Positions 19,752 through 29,389 of a DNA stretch of 64,000 bases are shown one piece after another; position 1 is the first letter of the stretch; each line of letters opens with the position of its first letter. The DNA is from Myxococcota bacterium (lineage in GTDB: Bacteria > Myxococcota_A > UBA9160 > SMWR01): positions 5,897-69,896 of the forward strand of contig JASMKC010000045.1 of assembly GCA_030749415.1 (NCBI GenBank), in the 5' to 3' direction. Both the position numbers and the translations under genes were made by a program. Below the pieces are notes generated by a model. The model made no database searches, was not told the DNA's origin, and saw nothing but the letters and a program-made list of their open reading frames with translations.

Positions 19752-21563
19752 CTACTCCCGCTCCGCGAGTAGCCGGGTGCGCAGTTCCTCGGTCGCCCGG
19801 AGATCCACTTCCACATTGCACTCCGCCGCGGAGCCGGTCAGAACCACCCCGTAGTGCTCACGAGCAGCTTCCACACCAACATATTCATCGAGCACATCTT
19901 CTCGCACGGCCTCGGGATCCCGGAGCAGTGGACTCTCGAAGCCGCCGCCACCTCCATATTGATACGCGATCATCGCACCGGCTGGAAGATCTGCACGTAC
20001 CGAATTCTCAATTTTATATTCGTCAGGTGTACCCACCTCGAAGTGATTGCTATAGGGAGAGGCGTCATTGCCTCCCCGCAAACCGCGCAGCGGGTATTTC
20101 ATGGAGACCATCCACGCCACTGCCATGGTCGGCTTCAATACCTTCTTGACGTTGAGTGTCCCGGGTTGTCCCCGCCAACGTCCTGGCCCACCGCTATCGC
20201 AGGTCATCTCGCGACTCAGATTGATGACCGGGAAGCGACTCTCGGCATCCTCCGCCTGGCCGAGGATCAGATTGCCGAGTCCGCTGCACATGGACCCCCA
20301 ACCATCGATACCCTCCGTCGCCGACGCATCCGAAGCCCGCACATCGACGCCCTGATCCATCCACATCTCGCCAGCTTCGTCGAAGCCGATTACGGCGTTG
20401 GGCATGCCGAGCTTGTAGACCTGCGGCGAAGAGCGTTGGGGGACGATCTCTGAGAGAGCGATACAGATGGCTTCACCGATCTCGCAGGCCGGATGAAACG
20501 CACCGAGAGCAGCCGGCTTATTGGGCGGCGGCTGCACGATCGTGCCCTCTGGAATGATCATCTCGACGGCGTTGAAAAGCCCCTCGTTCTTGACGATGGT
20601 TGGATCCACCATGGAGACGAGTTGCGCCATCGCATAGCCGCGACTATTCGAGAAGGTATTCCAGACATTTACCAACTCGGGACGATCGTCGCTTCCAGTC
20701 ATGTCCACCGTGAGCTGATCCCCCGCGACACTGCAGGCCACGTGAACACGCACGTCTTCATTACCCACCGTGTCGTGATCGATCCAGACGTCCGCCTCAT
20801 AACAACCGTCGGGCCATTTTTCGATCTCTGCGCGAAAGCGCTGCTCTGTCTCCATGATGTTGAAGTTCATGGCCGCGCGAACGGTATCCGCACCCCAGCG
20901 TTCCACCAGATCGCCGAGCAGGTTGGCACCGAGTTCGGCGGCCCCGATCATGGCGGCGATATCCCCGGAGAACGAGGGGAGACGGTTATTGCGGATCAGC
21001 AGATCGACCACATCGCTTCGAGACCGACCGCGGTGCACGAGCTTGAGCCTCGGAATGGGCAGGCCTTCGTGGAAGATGTCCAGGGAGTCCACGGAGAAGC
21101 CCCCGGGATCCTTGCCCCCTGTATCTCCCTGGTGGGCCTGCAGGGCCTGGATAGCGACGAGTCCACCCGCCGGGTCGAAGCAGGGCGCGTAGACGGTGTA
21201 GTCGGGAAGATGCCCTCCCCCGTGGTCTGGATCGTTTCCGAGGAAGACATCCCCGGGGCCCCAATCATCCACATCGCAGTGTTCGAGGCCCCAGCGAACA
21301 GCCATCGGTGAGATGAAGAGCAGCTGGGGAATGCCCACCGAGATCCCGGCCAGACGACCGTTGGCATCGATGATGCTGCCGTTGCGCTCGTTCGATTGAT
21401 TGATGATCGCCGAGGACGCCGCACGCCCGAGATGGACAGCGGTCTCGTAGCAGATGGTCTCGAACGCGCCCCGGATGATCCCGGCGCTGACCGAATCGAC
21501 TGCCACCGAAGTCTCCAGTGGAGAGCGTTTCGCGGACAGGCGTCGATTGGTCTCGTAACTCAC
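19752..21563 (-). CDS. Hydantoinase B/oxoprolinase subunit
   Basis: NDPDHGGGHLPD, AHQGDTGG, EGLPIP, DSGGPGRWRG, GGGGG near the C-terminus. Confidence 0.92.
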   Translation of the reverse strand: MSYETNRRLSAKRSPLETSVAVDSVSAGIIRGAFETICYETAVHLGRAASSAIINQSNERNGSIIDANGRLAGISVGIPQLLFISPMAVRWGLEHCDVDDWGPGDVFLGNDPDHGGGHLPDYTVYAPCFDPAGGLVAIQALQAHQGDTGGKDPGGFSVDSLDIFHEGLPIPRLKLVHRGRSRSDVVDLLIRNNRLPSFSGDIAAMIGAAELGANLLGDLVERWGADTVRAAMNFNIMETEQRFRAEIEKWPDGCYEADVWIDHDTVGNEDVRVHVACSVAGDQLTVDMTGSDDRPELVNVWNTFSNSRGYAMAQLVSMVDPTIVKNEGLFNAVEMIIPEGTIVQPPPNKPAALGAFHPACEIGEAICIALSEIVPQRSSPQVYKLGMPNAVIGFDEAGEMWMDQGVDVRASDASATEGIDGWGSMCSGLGNLILGQAEDAESRFPVINLSREMTCDSGGPGRWRGQPGTLNVKKVLKPTMAVAWMVSMKYPLRGLRGGNDASPYSNHFEVGTPDEYKIENSVRADLPAGAMIAYQYGGGGGFESPLLRDPEAVREDVLDEYVGVEAAREHYGVVLTGSAAECNVEVDLRATEELRTRLLAERE

Positions 21564-21604
21564 TGGACCTTCTCCAACTGGCCAGCAATCTCCGGCAGCT
21601 GGAT

Positions 21605-22750
21605 CTAGTCCAGATTCAATCCGAAGAACTTGATGGCGTTATCGCGCACGATCATTCGCGTCTCATCGGGAGGCACGTCCTTGAATCTCTTGGATACGAG
21701 GGCCGTGGAGTTGGGAAAGGTCGTATCGCTATGGGGATAGTCGACCTCGAACATGATGTTTTCGATTCCGATGTAGTGGCGGATAGCGAGCCCCACCTCG
21801 TCGTCGAGGAAATTCGCGAAGACCTGGCGCTTGAAGTAGAAGCTCGGCTTCTCCTTGATCACCGCATGGGTCCAGTGGCGATGCTTCACGTAGACCTCGT
21901 CCGCGCGCTGCACGAGATAGCCGAGCCATCCGATGCCCCCCTCCACCGAGAGGAAACGCAGCTTGGGGTGTCGATCCAACACGCCACTCCAGAGCAGGGT
22001 CGCAACGCTCACGAAGTTGCTGCTGGGCGCGACGGTGACGAAGACCTCGGCGGGGGTTCCCCCCGCCACCTCCAGGGGCAGCTGTGTATCGCGCATGGAC
22101 CCCGAAGCGATGTGCATGCTCACAGGCACACCGGCTTCCTCGACGGCATCCCAGAGCGGATCCCAATGTGCATCTCCGATATTGGGCAGCCCCAGACTCT
22201 CCGGTGCGTTGGGGAAGGAGAGCGCCTTATGTCCCAGGCTGATTCCGCGCTGAAACTCCTTGACGGCTAGATCGATATCCCAGAGCGGCACGATCATCTG
22301 CCCGATGAAGCGCTCGGGCGCAGTGGAACACCAGGTGTCCGCGAGCCAATCGTTGTACGTTTCGAGGCAGCGCAGACCGAGATCTTTGTCGTCCGCTTGA
22401 TTGAAGAGCGTCCCCGCCATACCGGGAATCGTCGGAAAGAGTGCCGAAGCCTCGATGCCGTCGCGATCCATGTCGAGGAGGCGCTCCTCCGGGTCGTAGC
22501 AGCCCTTGCGCATGTCGCGAAAGCGTACTGGCGCAACCGTGTACTCCTCGTAGGGGCGCCCTGCCATCACCGAGAGGCCGATATTGGGGATGCGGCGCCC
22601 TTCGAACTCCCAATAGTCCATGTCGTCTTCCACGATCACATGGGGAGCACGATCCTGAAACTTCGACTCCAATCGGCCATCCCAGACGCCGGGGGGTTCG
22701 ATGATGTGATCGTCGGTAGAAATCGGGCGGTAATCGAGTTCCGTAGCCAT
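21605..22750 (-). CDS. Amidohydrolase_2 family protein (paralog 1)
   Basis: STDDHIIEPP, MHIASG, EGGIGW, FEVDYPHSDTTFP. Confidence 0.9.
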   Translation of the reverse strand: MATELDYRPISTDDHIIEPPGVWDGRLESKFQDRAPHVIVEDDMDYWEFEGRRIPNIGLSVMAGRPYEEYTVAPVRFRDMRKGCYDPEERLLDMDRDGIEASALFPTIPGMAGTLFNQADDKDLGLRCLETYNDWLADTWCSTAPERFIGQMIVPLWDIDLAVKEFQRGISLGHKALSFPNAPESLGLPNIGDAHWDPLWDAVEEAGVPVSMHIASGSMRDTQLPLEVAGGTPAEVFVTVAPSSNFVSVATLLWSGVLDRHPKLRFLSVEGGIGWLGYLVQRADEVYVKHRHWTHAVIKEKPSFYFKRQVFANFLDDEVGLAIRHYIGIENIMFEVDYPHSDTTFPNSTALVSKRFKDVPPDETRMIVRDNAIKFFGLNLD

Positions 22751-22804
22751 TTCCCTCTCCTCGAGTGCTGGATCCTGCTTCGATGATCGGCTTCCGAACC
22801 AGGA

Positions 22805-23917
22805 CTAGATGAAACCATAGAGCTTGCCTGCATTCTCGCAGAAGATCTTGTGCTTTTTCGATCTGTCGATGCCCTGTGCCATGGCGTCGATGAGATAGCG
22901 GGAGTTGGGCCAGTCGTTGATGTGATGCGGAAAATCACTCGACCACATCATCGTCTCGACGCCGACGTCATCACAATTGCGCACACCATATTGATCGCGC
23001 ACGAATCCCACCATCCAATTTCTCCCGTAGTACTCGCTGGGCAGCATTTCGAGATTGACCTTGCACCAGTGGCGGTTGCGGCGATAGCGATCGTCGATCT
23101 CCTGCAGGAGATAGGGGACCCAACCCGCCCCGACCTCGCTGCCAACGAACTTCAGCCCCGGGAAGCGGTCGAAGATGCCGTTGAAGATCGTCTCGGCGAT
23201 CAGCACCGGCATGCGACTCATGACCGACGCCAACGCGACGAGTTGAGGCGCTCCACCCTTCTTGGATGTGACCTTCTGCGTCGTGTAGTTGGCGGGAACC
23301 AAACCGATGTGAACGTGAATCGGCATCCCCAACTCTTCGGCGACAGCAAAGAACCGATCGTCCTCGCGCGAGAGCAGCGTGTTGCCACTGGGCCAGGTTG
23401 CCAACCCGACGCCGACGGCTCCGGCATCCTTCGCGCGCTTCAGCATCTCGATGGCATCCCCGACCCCCGATGCGGGAATCTGCCAGATGGCGGCAAGCCT
23501 CGAGCGGTCGTGAGAGACCCAGTTCGTAATCCAGCGATTGTAGGCATCCATACCCGCCACGTGGAGTTCTCGATCCTTCACGGTCATGAAGTAGAACATG
23601 GTCCGCTGGGGCGGGAAGAAGACTGCAGCGCTGATGCCGTCTTCGTCCATCAACTCCAGGCGTGCCTTGGGATCGATGATTCCGGGGTGCAGCTCCGAAT
23701 AGCGAACTCCGGTCCACTTCAGATCTCGCGGCTGGGTGTTCACCGATGCGACCAGCCCCAGAGACTCGGCGTGCTTGCCCAGGAGCCAAGCATCCCCGCC
23801 ATCCTCATCCTTTACGAGCTTGGGAGCCCGATCCTGAAATTTGGCCGGGAGCATCGTCTCCCATAGATCGGGAGCCTCGATGACGTGCTGATCGCAATCA
23901 ATGATCTTGTATTCCAT
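22805..23917 (-). CDS. Amidohydrolase_2 family protein (paralog 2)
   Basis: GAGGA RBS before ATG 23917; DCDQHVIEAP, HVHIG, EVGAGW, WSSDFPH. Confidence 0.9.
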   Translation of the reverse strand: MEYKIIDCDQHVIEAPDLWETMLPAKFQDRAPKLVKDEDGGDAWLLGKHAESLGLVASVNTQPRDLKWTGVRYSELHPGIIDPKARLELMDEDGISAAVFFPPQRTMFYFMTVKDRELHVAGMDAYNRWITNWVSHDRSRLAAIWQIPASGVGDAIEMLKRAKDAGAVGVGLATWPSGNTLLSREDDRFFAVAEELGMPIHVHIGLVPANYTTQKVTSKKGGAPQLVALASVMSRMPVLIAETIFNGIFDRFPGLKFVGSEVGAGWVPYLLQEIDDRYRRNRHWCKVNLEMLPSEYYGRNWMVGFVRDQYGVRNCDDVGVETMMWSSDFPHHINDWPNSRYLIDAMAQGIDRSKKHKIFCENAGKLYGFI

Positions 23918-24219
23918 ATTCCTCACCCATTCGGTCTTGTATGTCTTGCATAGGAGTCACGTCAATACCCCGTGAGGTACTCGGCAACCGGCCCTCAGAC
24001 GAATTGCGCACACCACTTTCGAAGCTTGGAGATGGGGCCATCGCCGCTGCAGAACACCGGCTTGCTCCAATAGGGCGCGATCTCCGGTGTCGACCTGCGG
24101 GATCAAGTAGCGGGGGGCGGCGGTTTCGTCTCTGCTCATGATCGGCAGGCTCCTGGAAGGCGGGAACACCCGCCGGATCTGGATTCCCGGATCGTCCGAC
24201 CGCTCCCGCCTCTCTTTAT

Positions 24220-24232
24220 ATGCAGACTGCAT
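24220..24232. promoter_or_regulatory. Palindromic putative operator
   Basis: ATGCAG-A-CTGCAT in an AT-richer patch, overlapping TTGACA on the minus strand. Confidence 0.3.
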
Positions 24233-24349
24233 GTCAATGGCAAATGGTGAAATTGGTTTTTCAGATCCTCCAACGGCCCGCTCGCCGGCGTGCTGAGTCT
24301 TGCGAGAGTGATCGATCCGGCTCCCGCTCGGGCCCTCGAGACACTTCGC

Positions 24350-24421
24350 CTGGAGTTCGAGGCACCACGCCCTGCAGATGGCATTGGCTTCACATAGCTC
24401 GCGATCCACAACCACTCTCAC
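24350..24421 (-). pseudogene. Ferredoxin N-terminal remnant
   Basis: GAGGAG RBS then VRVVVDRELCEANAIC, 11/16 identical to the intact ferredoxin at 25977; similarity is lost after the second Cys. Confidence 0.55.
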
Positions 24422-24701
24422 GACGATCTCCTCACCGCTTCCGGTGCTCACAAGCACCTTGGTCGGAGAGTTCGAGACCCGACTCGGGTGGATCGGCCTC
24501 GAGTACCATTCCCCGGACCGGTCCCAGGCGAGCGCGCCCACCGGCTCCTCAACGGGGAACCGGCGGGCGTGGCGCTCGGACTCCCAGGCCCGGTGCCCAC
24601 ACCTGGTGCGCTTTCATGAGGTTCCAGGTGGCTCCACCACCCAGCACGGATCGTGAGTGTTACTGTACACCTCTCACTCACGCACCCGAGGAGCGTTATC
24701 G

Positions 24702-25934
24702 ATGCTCGAGATCGACGGACTTCGCCTGATCGAACCCGCACGCTACGCGGAGCACGGCTATCCGTACGAGGAGTGGGCGCTGCTGCGGCGCGAAGCGCCG
24801 CTCACCCAGATCGAGCCGCCGGGTTGGCCGGCGTTCTGGGCGCTCACGAAGCACGCGGACATCATCGAGGTTTCGAAGCAGCCGGAGAACTTCTTGAACG
24901 CTCCCGGGATGACGCTGGTCCGCGAGCGTAGCGATAACCAGGAGGTCTCCCAGCAGATCCGCACCATCATCAACATGGACCCGCCGGATCACAGGAAGTA
25001 CCGGCAGGTCGCGACTCGCTTCTTTACCCCGCGTGCGATCAAGGCCCTCGATCCGCTGGTGCGCGAGACGGCACGCAAGCTCGTGGACGGACTCGGTGCG
25101 GAGGGCGAGTGTGACTTCATCACCGACATCGCCTCGCTCCATCCCCTGAAGGTGATCGCACGTATCCTCGGGGTTCCCGAATCCGATGAGCCCTTCATCC
25201 TGAAGCTCACGAACGAGCTCTTCGGAGGGGAGGACCCCGAGTTCCAGCGCGGTGAGGACCGGATGCAGGCAATGCGTGGTCTGTTCATGGAATTCTGGGA
25301 GTACTTCGGCAAGATCATGCAGGATCGGCGCGCCAAGCCCCGCGATGATCTCGCCAGCTTGTTCGCCAACGCGCGCATCGACGGTGAACCCATGGGCGAA
25401 CTCGAGACGATGGGCTACTGCCTCATCGCCTTCACGGCCGGACACGAGACGACGCGCGGGGCGATCGGGGGCGGCATGCAGGCCTTGATCGACAACCCCG
25501 AGCAGCGCGGCCGCTGGGCCCGCGAGCCCGAGCTCACAGCCACAGCCATCGATGAGATCGTCCGCTTCGTGACCCCCGTGAATCACATGGTGCGGACCGC
25601 CGCCCGGGACTACGTGCTGCGCGGCCAGAAGATCTGCAAAGGGGATCGCCTCGTGCTCTTCTACGCATCGGCGAATCGCGACGAAGAGGTCTTCGACGGA
25701 CCCGACGAACTCCACCTCGACCGGTACCCGAACCGTCACCTGGGCTTCGGGATCGGTGAGCACTTCTGCCTCGGCGCACACCTGGCCCGCATGACGAGCG
25801 GCTCCCTTTTCCGCGAGCTGGTGTCGCGTATCGAATACATCGAACCCGCCGGCACGCCGCTGAGAACCGCGTCGAACCTGGTGCCGGGCCTCAAGCACAT
25901 GCCGATTCGCTACCGCCTCGCGTCAGCCACCTGA
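24702..25934 (+). CDS. Cytochrome P450
   Basis: GAGGAG RBS; AGHETT (I helix), EIVR (ExxR), FGIGEHFCLG heme motif. Confidence 0.95.
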   Translation: MLEIDGLRLIEPARYAEHGYPYEEWALLRREAPLTQIEPPGWPAFWALTKHADIIEVSKQPENFLNAPGMTLVRERSDNQEVSQQIRTIINMDPPDHRKYRQVATRFFTPRAIKALDPLVRETARKLVDGLGAEGECDFITDIASLHPLKVIARILGVPESDEPFILKLTNELFGGEDPEFQRGEDRMQAMRGLFMEFWEYFGKIMQDRRAKPRDDLASLFANARIDGEPMGELETMGYCLIAFTAGHETTRGAIGGGMQALIDNPEQRGRWAREPELTATAIDEIVRFVTPVNHMVRTAARDYVLRGQKICKGDRLVLFYASANRDEEVFDGPDELHLDRYPNRHLGFGIGEHFCLGAHLARMTSGSLFRELVSRIEYIEPAGTPLRTASNLVPGLKHMPIRYRLASAT

Positions 25935-25976
25935 ACGGCGTCTTGAGCGCAACGACCGAACCACCGGAGAAAGCCG

Positions 25977-26165
25977 ATGAAGATTCGTGTCGATCGAGAC
26001 CTGTGCGAGGCGAATGCCATCTGCCAGGGATGCGCTCCCGCCGTCTTTCGAGTCGAAGAAGACGACACCCTCACACTGCTGATCGAGGAGGTCTCGGACG
26101 ATCTCGCAAAGGCGGTGGCGGAGGCTATTCGACTGTGTCCGCGCCAGGCGTTGCAAATCGAGTAG
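25977..26165 (+). CDS. Ferredoxin (P450-associated, 3Fe-4S/4Fe-4S type)
   Basis: 62 aa; CEANAIC...CP; directly after the P450. Confidence 0.9.
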   Translation: MKIRVDRDLCEANAICQGCAPAVFRVEEDDTLTLLIEEVSDDLAKAVAEAIRLCPRQALQIE

Positions 26166-26186
26166 TCGCGAATACGACGCGAGACC

Positions 26187-26900
26187 TCAGTCGCTCAGTA
26201 CAGGTGCTCCGGCGGAGCGAAACTGCTCGTAGACAGGCGGCACACCGACCCCGAGTTGCTCGCGCACGCTGTCGATCGGTTGCTCGAAGAGCGCCTCCCA
26301 GTCCTGCTCCAGCAGGGGCTCTGCCCGCTTCCCGCGGCGATAGCCCTCTCGGATCAGCCTTCCACCCGGCGAGTTCCAGCCTTCGGCGCGCAACGCGTTC
26401 CAGACGAGGTAGGCGATTCCGCTGTGGAAGTTCTGTCCGATCGTGAAAGCCAGCACGGCGGATTCCCCGCGCAGGTCGCGGTCGTAGCCAGCAAGGACGT
26501 GGAAGACATCGTGCAGGTTGAGCTGCCGCGAACCATAGATCTGCTGCTCCTGGCTGATCGCCGGTGACGCGCCGCCCTGGGCTGCAACGCTCGCCTGGAC
26601 CAGGCCCTCGGTGCTGATTCCCTCGCGCTCGAACCACTCGATGATGCTGCGTCCCAACGAACCGGGGGGCATGGCCTCGAGCCGTTCGCGGTCAGTCAGA
26701 ATATCGTAGAGATCTTGCTTCTCGCCCAGGATCTGGGCGCCTCGCGTGGATCGCTGGAAGCGCTCGAAGCCGCGCTTCCCGGAATTCCCCGCCAGCGCCG
26801 CGATGACGCGAATCGCGGCGGCCGTATCGTCGGGGTTGTTGCGCAGTTCACGCATTGCGTTCCTGGCGAGCAAGGGGTGCATTCGATTGCGAAAGGCCAT
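26187..26900 (-). CDS. Coq4-like protein
   Basis: LEAMPPGSLG and LHDVFHVLAGY...GE (HDxxH metal motif); AGGAGG RBS fits ATG 26900. Confidence 0.75.
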   Translation of the reverse strand: MAFRNRMHPLLARNAMRELRNNPDDTAAAIRVIAALAGNSGKRGFERFQRSTRGAQILGEKQDLYDILTDRERLEAMPPGSLGRSIIEWFEREGISTEGLVQASVAAQGGASPAISQEQQIYGSRQLNLHDVFHVLAGYDRDLRGESAVLAFTIGQNFHSGIAYLVWNALRAEGWNSPGGRLIREGYRRGKRAEPLLEQDWEALFEQPIDSVREQLGVGVPPVYEQFRSAGAPVLSD

Positions 26901-26982
26901 GGCCATCCCTCCTGCCGACCCCGTGGAGACGCGGCGCACGGTCGGCTGACGCAGCGACGTCGCAAGCGAGATGCCGGTCGAG

Positions 26983-27051
26983 GCACGGGCTCGCCTTCTT
27001 CTCGCAGCACGGGCTCGCCTTCTTCTCGCAGCACGGGCCCTTCCTCTCGCA
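26983..27051. repeat. 24-bp tandem repeat x2 plus a 21-bp variant
   Basis: gcacgggctcgccttcttctcgca at 26983 and 27007; gcacgggcccttcctctcgca at 27031. Confidence 0.9.
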
Positions 27052-27140
27052 GCCCTGTCTCTTCGGGCGGAACTCTTTGCCCCGCAGCGCGCAGTCCCAA
27101 CCGGCCCACTTTGGGGCACTCATATGTAAATTACTCGTCC

Positions 27141-27156
27141 TGTATATAATTATACA
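27141..27156. promoter_or_regulatory. Palindromic TetR-type operator in an AT-rich divergent promoter
   Basis: TGTATA-TAAT-TATACA within the strongly AT-rich segment 27121-27185 between Coq4-like (-) and TetR (+). Confidence 0.5.
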
Positions 27157-27204
27157 AAAATTTATACTTGTACTGAAGTGTACTTTCGTGTCACCCTTCG
27201 GGCC

Positions 27205-27849
27205 GTGAGTGACGTCGATAGCGTGGAGCGGCGGGACACACCGACGGGACGCCGGGAGCGACGCAAGGAGGAGATGCGAAGCCGCATCCTCGAGGCCAGC
27301 GTCGAGCTCTTCGACACGAAGGGGATCGAAGCGACCACGGTCGTCGAGATCTGCGAGCGGGCGGACGTCGCCCACAAGACCTTCTTCAACCACTTCGCCT
27401 CCAAGGCGCAGCTGCTGCGTCTGGTCGCCGAGTTCGCGCTGGGGCAATTGCTGGTCGATATCGAAGAGGCGCGAAAACAGCCCCTCGCGAGCCGCGAACG
27501 GATCCACCACTTCTTCGAGACCCTGGCCGTAAACGCAGACAACGCGGGGCCGATGCACCGCGAACTTCTGAGCGAGATCGTGCATGCAGCCCATAGTTCC
27601 GGCACTGAATCCGAGCAGGCCCGGGCACTCCATGACGCCTTCGGCTCGCTGATCCTCGACGGCCGTGCACGGGGCGACCTGTGCAGCCGGCACGATTCCA
27701 CGACCCAGACCGAGATGCTGATGGGCGCCTTCTACGTGCTGATGTTCAACTGGGCTCACCTGGACGGGTACCCACTGCGGGAACGAGCACTCGCGACAGC
27801 GAACTTTCTCGCAGATTCGATGACCGTATCCACAGAGGACGCCCGATGA
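27205..27849 (+). CDS. TetR/AcrR family transcriptional regulator
   Basis: RSRILEASVELFDTKGIEATTVVEICERADVAHKTFFNHFASK; start uncertain (27178 or 27205). Confidence 0.9.
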   Translation: MSDVDSVERRDTPTGRRERRKEEMRSRILEASVELFDTKGIEATTVVEICERADVAHKTFFNHFASKAQLLRLVAEFALGQLLVDIEEARKQPLASRERIHHFFETLAVNADNAGPMHRELLSEIVHAAHSSGTESEQARALHDAFGSLILDGRARGDLCSRHDSTTQTEMLMGAFYVLMFNWAHLDGYPLRERALATANFLADSMTVSTEDAR

Positions 27850-28049
27850 GATGCGAAACCAAAGGCCCCAGCATCCCGAGCGGGTGGTTTGCCGGCGCAG
27901 GATCGAAGCAGTCCGACCCTGGTGAGATCGAGCAGATCGACTGCTTCGACGACGAACCGGTGCTCTTCCGCGCCCGTTCGGGCGAGCCGCTCACGAAGTT
28001 CCGTAGCTGGGCCAAACAGTTCTACACGACTCCTCTCGCAGGAGAATAG
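27846..28049 (+). pseudogene. Internally deleted KshA-like Rieske oxygenase remnant
   Basis: 67 aa ORF with ATGA overlap to TetR; N-terminal pattern PSGWFA...PGEIEQIDCFDDEPVLFRARSG joined directly to the C-terminal pattern PLTKFRSWAKQFY; no CxH or CxxH. Confidence 0.7.
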
Positions 28050-28151
28050 CCAGGACCGCCTGACTCCCGAGGAGAAGCTCCACGGAAACGCGTCTCGGAC
28101 AACCCCACCTCGAGACCCCGCGAGATAGCGGAATCAAAGGAGAGATCCCAC

Positions 28152-29333
28152 ATGTGGAAGAGTGTGCTTCGAACGGATGACGGCGAGAGCCTCCGCAAGG
28201 CCAGGACCATCGCTCCCATCCTGGAGGCCGGGGCTGAGGAAGGTATTGCACTCCGCACGCTTCCCGAGAAGACCGTGAAAGCGCTGCGAGAGAGCGGTCT
28301 CCTCTCACTCGGCCTGCCGAAGGAACTCGGCGGCGAGGAGCACGACTTCGCCACACTGCTCGAGGTCTCTGAGGAGCTGTCGCGTGCGGACGGATCCGCC
28401 GGCTGGAACTCGATCGCGAACGGACCCTCGGTCGCCTTCGCGGGCGCCTTTCTCGGCGACGATGCAGTCGAGGAGATCTTCGCCAACGGGACCGACGTCT
28501 GCTGCGGCGGGCAGTTCGCACCCAACGGGCGGGCGGAGCCGATCGACGGTGGCTACCGGATCTCCGGCAAGTGGAACTTCGGCAGCGGAACTGCCTACGC
28601 CGAGTGGATCATGGGCGGCTTCATGATCATCGAGAACGGCTCTCCCGTGATGGTCGACGGCATGCCCGACCTGCGTGTCGCCGCGATGCCGCGCGAGGCC
28701 ATCACCTTCACCGACGGCTGGCACGTGATGGGCCTCCAGGCAACGGGGAGCTACGACTACGAATGCCAGGACGTCTTCGTGCCCGAGTCCTACACCTATC
28801 CCCTCTTCAGTCGCGAGCCCAAACGGGGAGGAACCATCTTCCGGCTGGGACTCATGGCCACCACGGCCAACGGTCACGCGGCCTGGTCCCTCGGCGTGGC
28901 GCGGCGAGCGCTGGACGAGATCAAGGCTCTCGGTCTGGTGCACACGCGCATGGGTGCGCCGAGCACCATCGCCCAGAAACCCACCTTCCAGCGCGACTAC
29001 ATCCGAGCCGAGGCGCGGCTGCGCGCCGCGCGCCTCCTGATGATCGACGTCTTCGCCGGGGTGCTCGAGGCGGCCCGTGCTGGCGAAAGCTTTGGGATCC
29101 AGGAGCGGGCCACGTTGCGCGCGGCGGCCACCTACGCGACCGAGGTGGCGAAGAACGCCGTGGATCTCGCGCACGAGGTGGCCGGCACCACATCCATCCG
29201 CAACGGCCATGTGCTCCAGCGCTGCTTTCGCGACATGCACACCGGAACCCAGCACGCGTTCATCAACGAGGAAACCTATATCCAATCCTCAGAGGTATTT
29301 CTGGGCCTGCGCGACGACTCACCCATGCTCTGA
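28152..29333 (+). CDS. Acyl-CoA dehydrogenase-fold flavin-dependent monooxygenase
   Basis: LSRADGSAGW, ISGKWNFGSG, WHVMGLQATGSYDY, LQRCFRDMHTGTQH. Confidence 0.85.
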   Translation: MWKSVLRTDDGESLRKARTIAPILEAGAEEGIALRTLPEKTVKALRESGLLSLGLPKELGGEEHDFATLLEVSEELSRADGSAGWNSIANGPSVAFAGAFLGDDAVEEIFANGTDVCCGGQFAPNGRAEPIDGGYRISGKWNFGSGTAYAEWIMGGFMIIENGSPVMVDGMPDLRVAAMPREAITFTDGWHVMGLQATGSYDYECQDVFVPESYTYPLFSREPKRGGTIFRLGLMATTANGHAAWSLGVARRALDEIKALGLVHTRMGAPSTIAQKPTFQRDYIRAEARLRAARLLMIDVFAGVLEAARAGESFGIQERATLRAAATYATEVAKNAVDLAHEVAGTTSIRNGHVLQRCFRDMHTGTQHAFINEETYIQSSEVFLGLRDDSPML

Positions 29334-29389
29334 TCGGGGCATGCCAGACAGGTTTCGACAACAATCCGAAATGGATCGGAGGACTCCAA

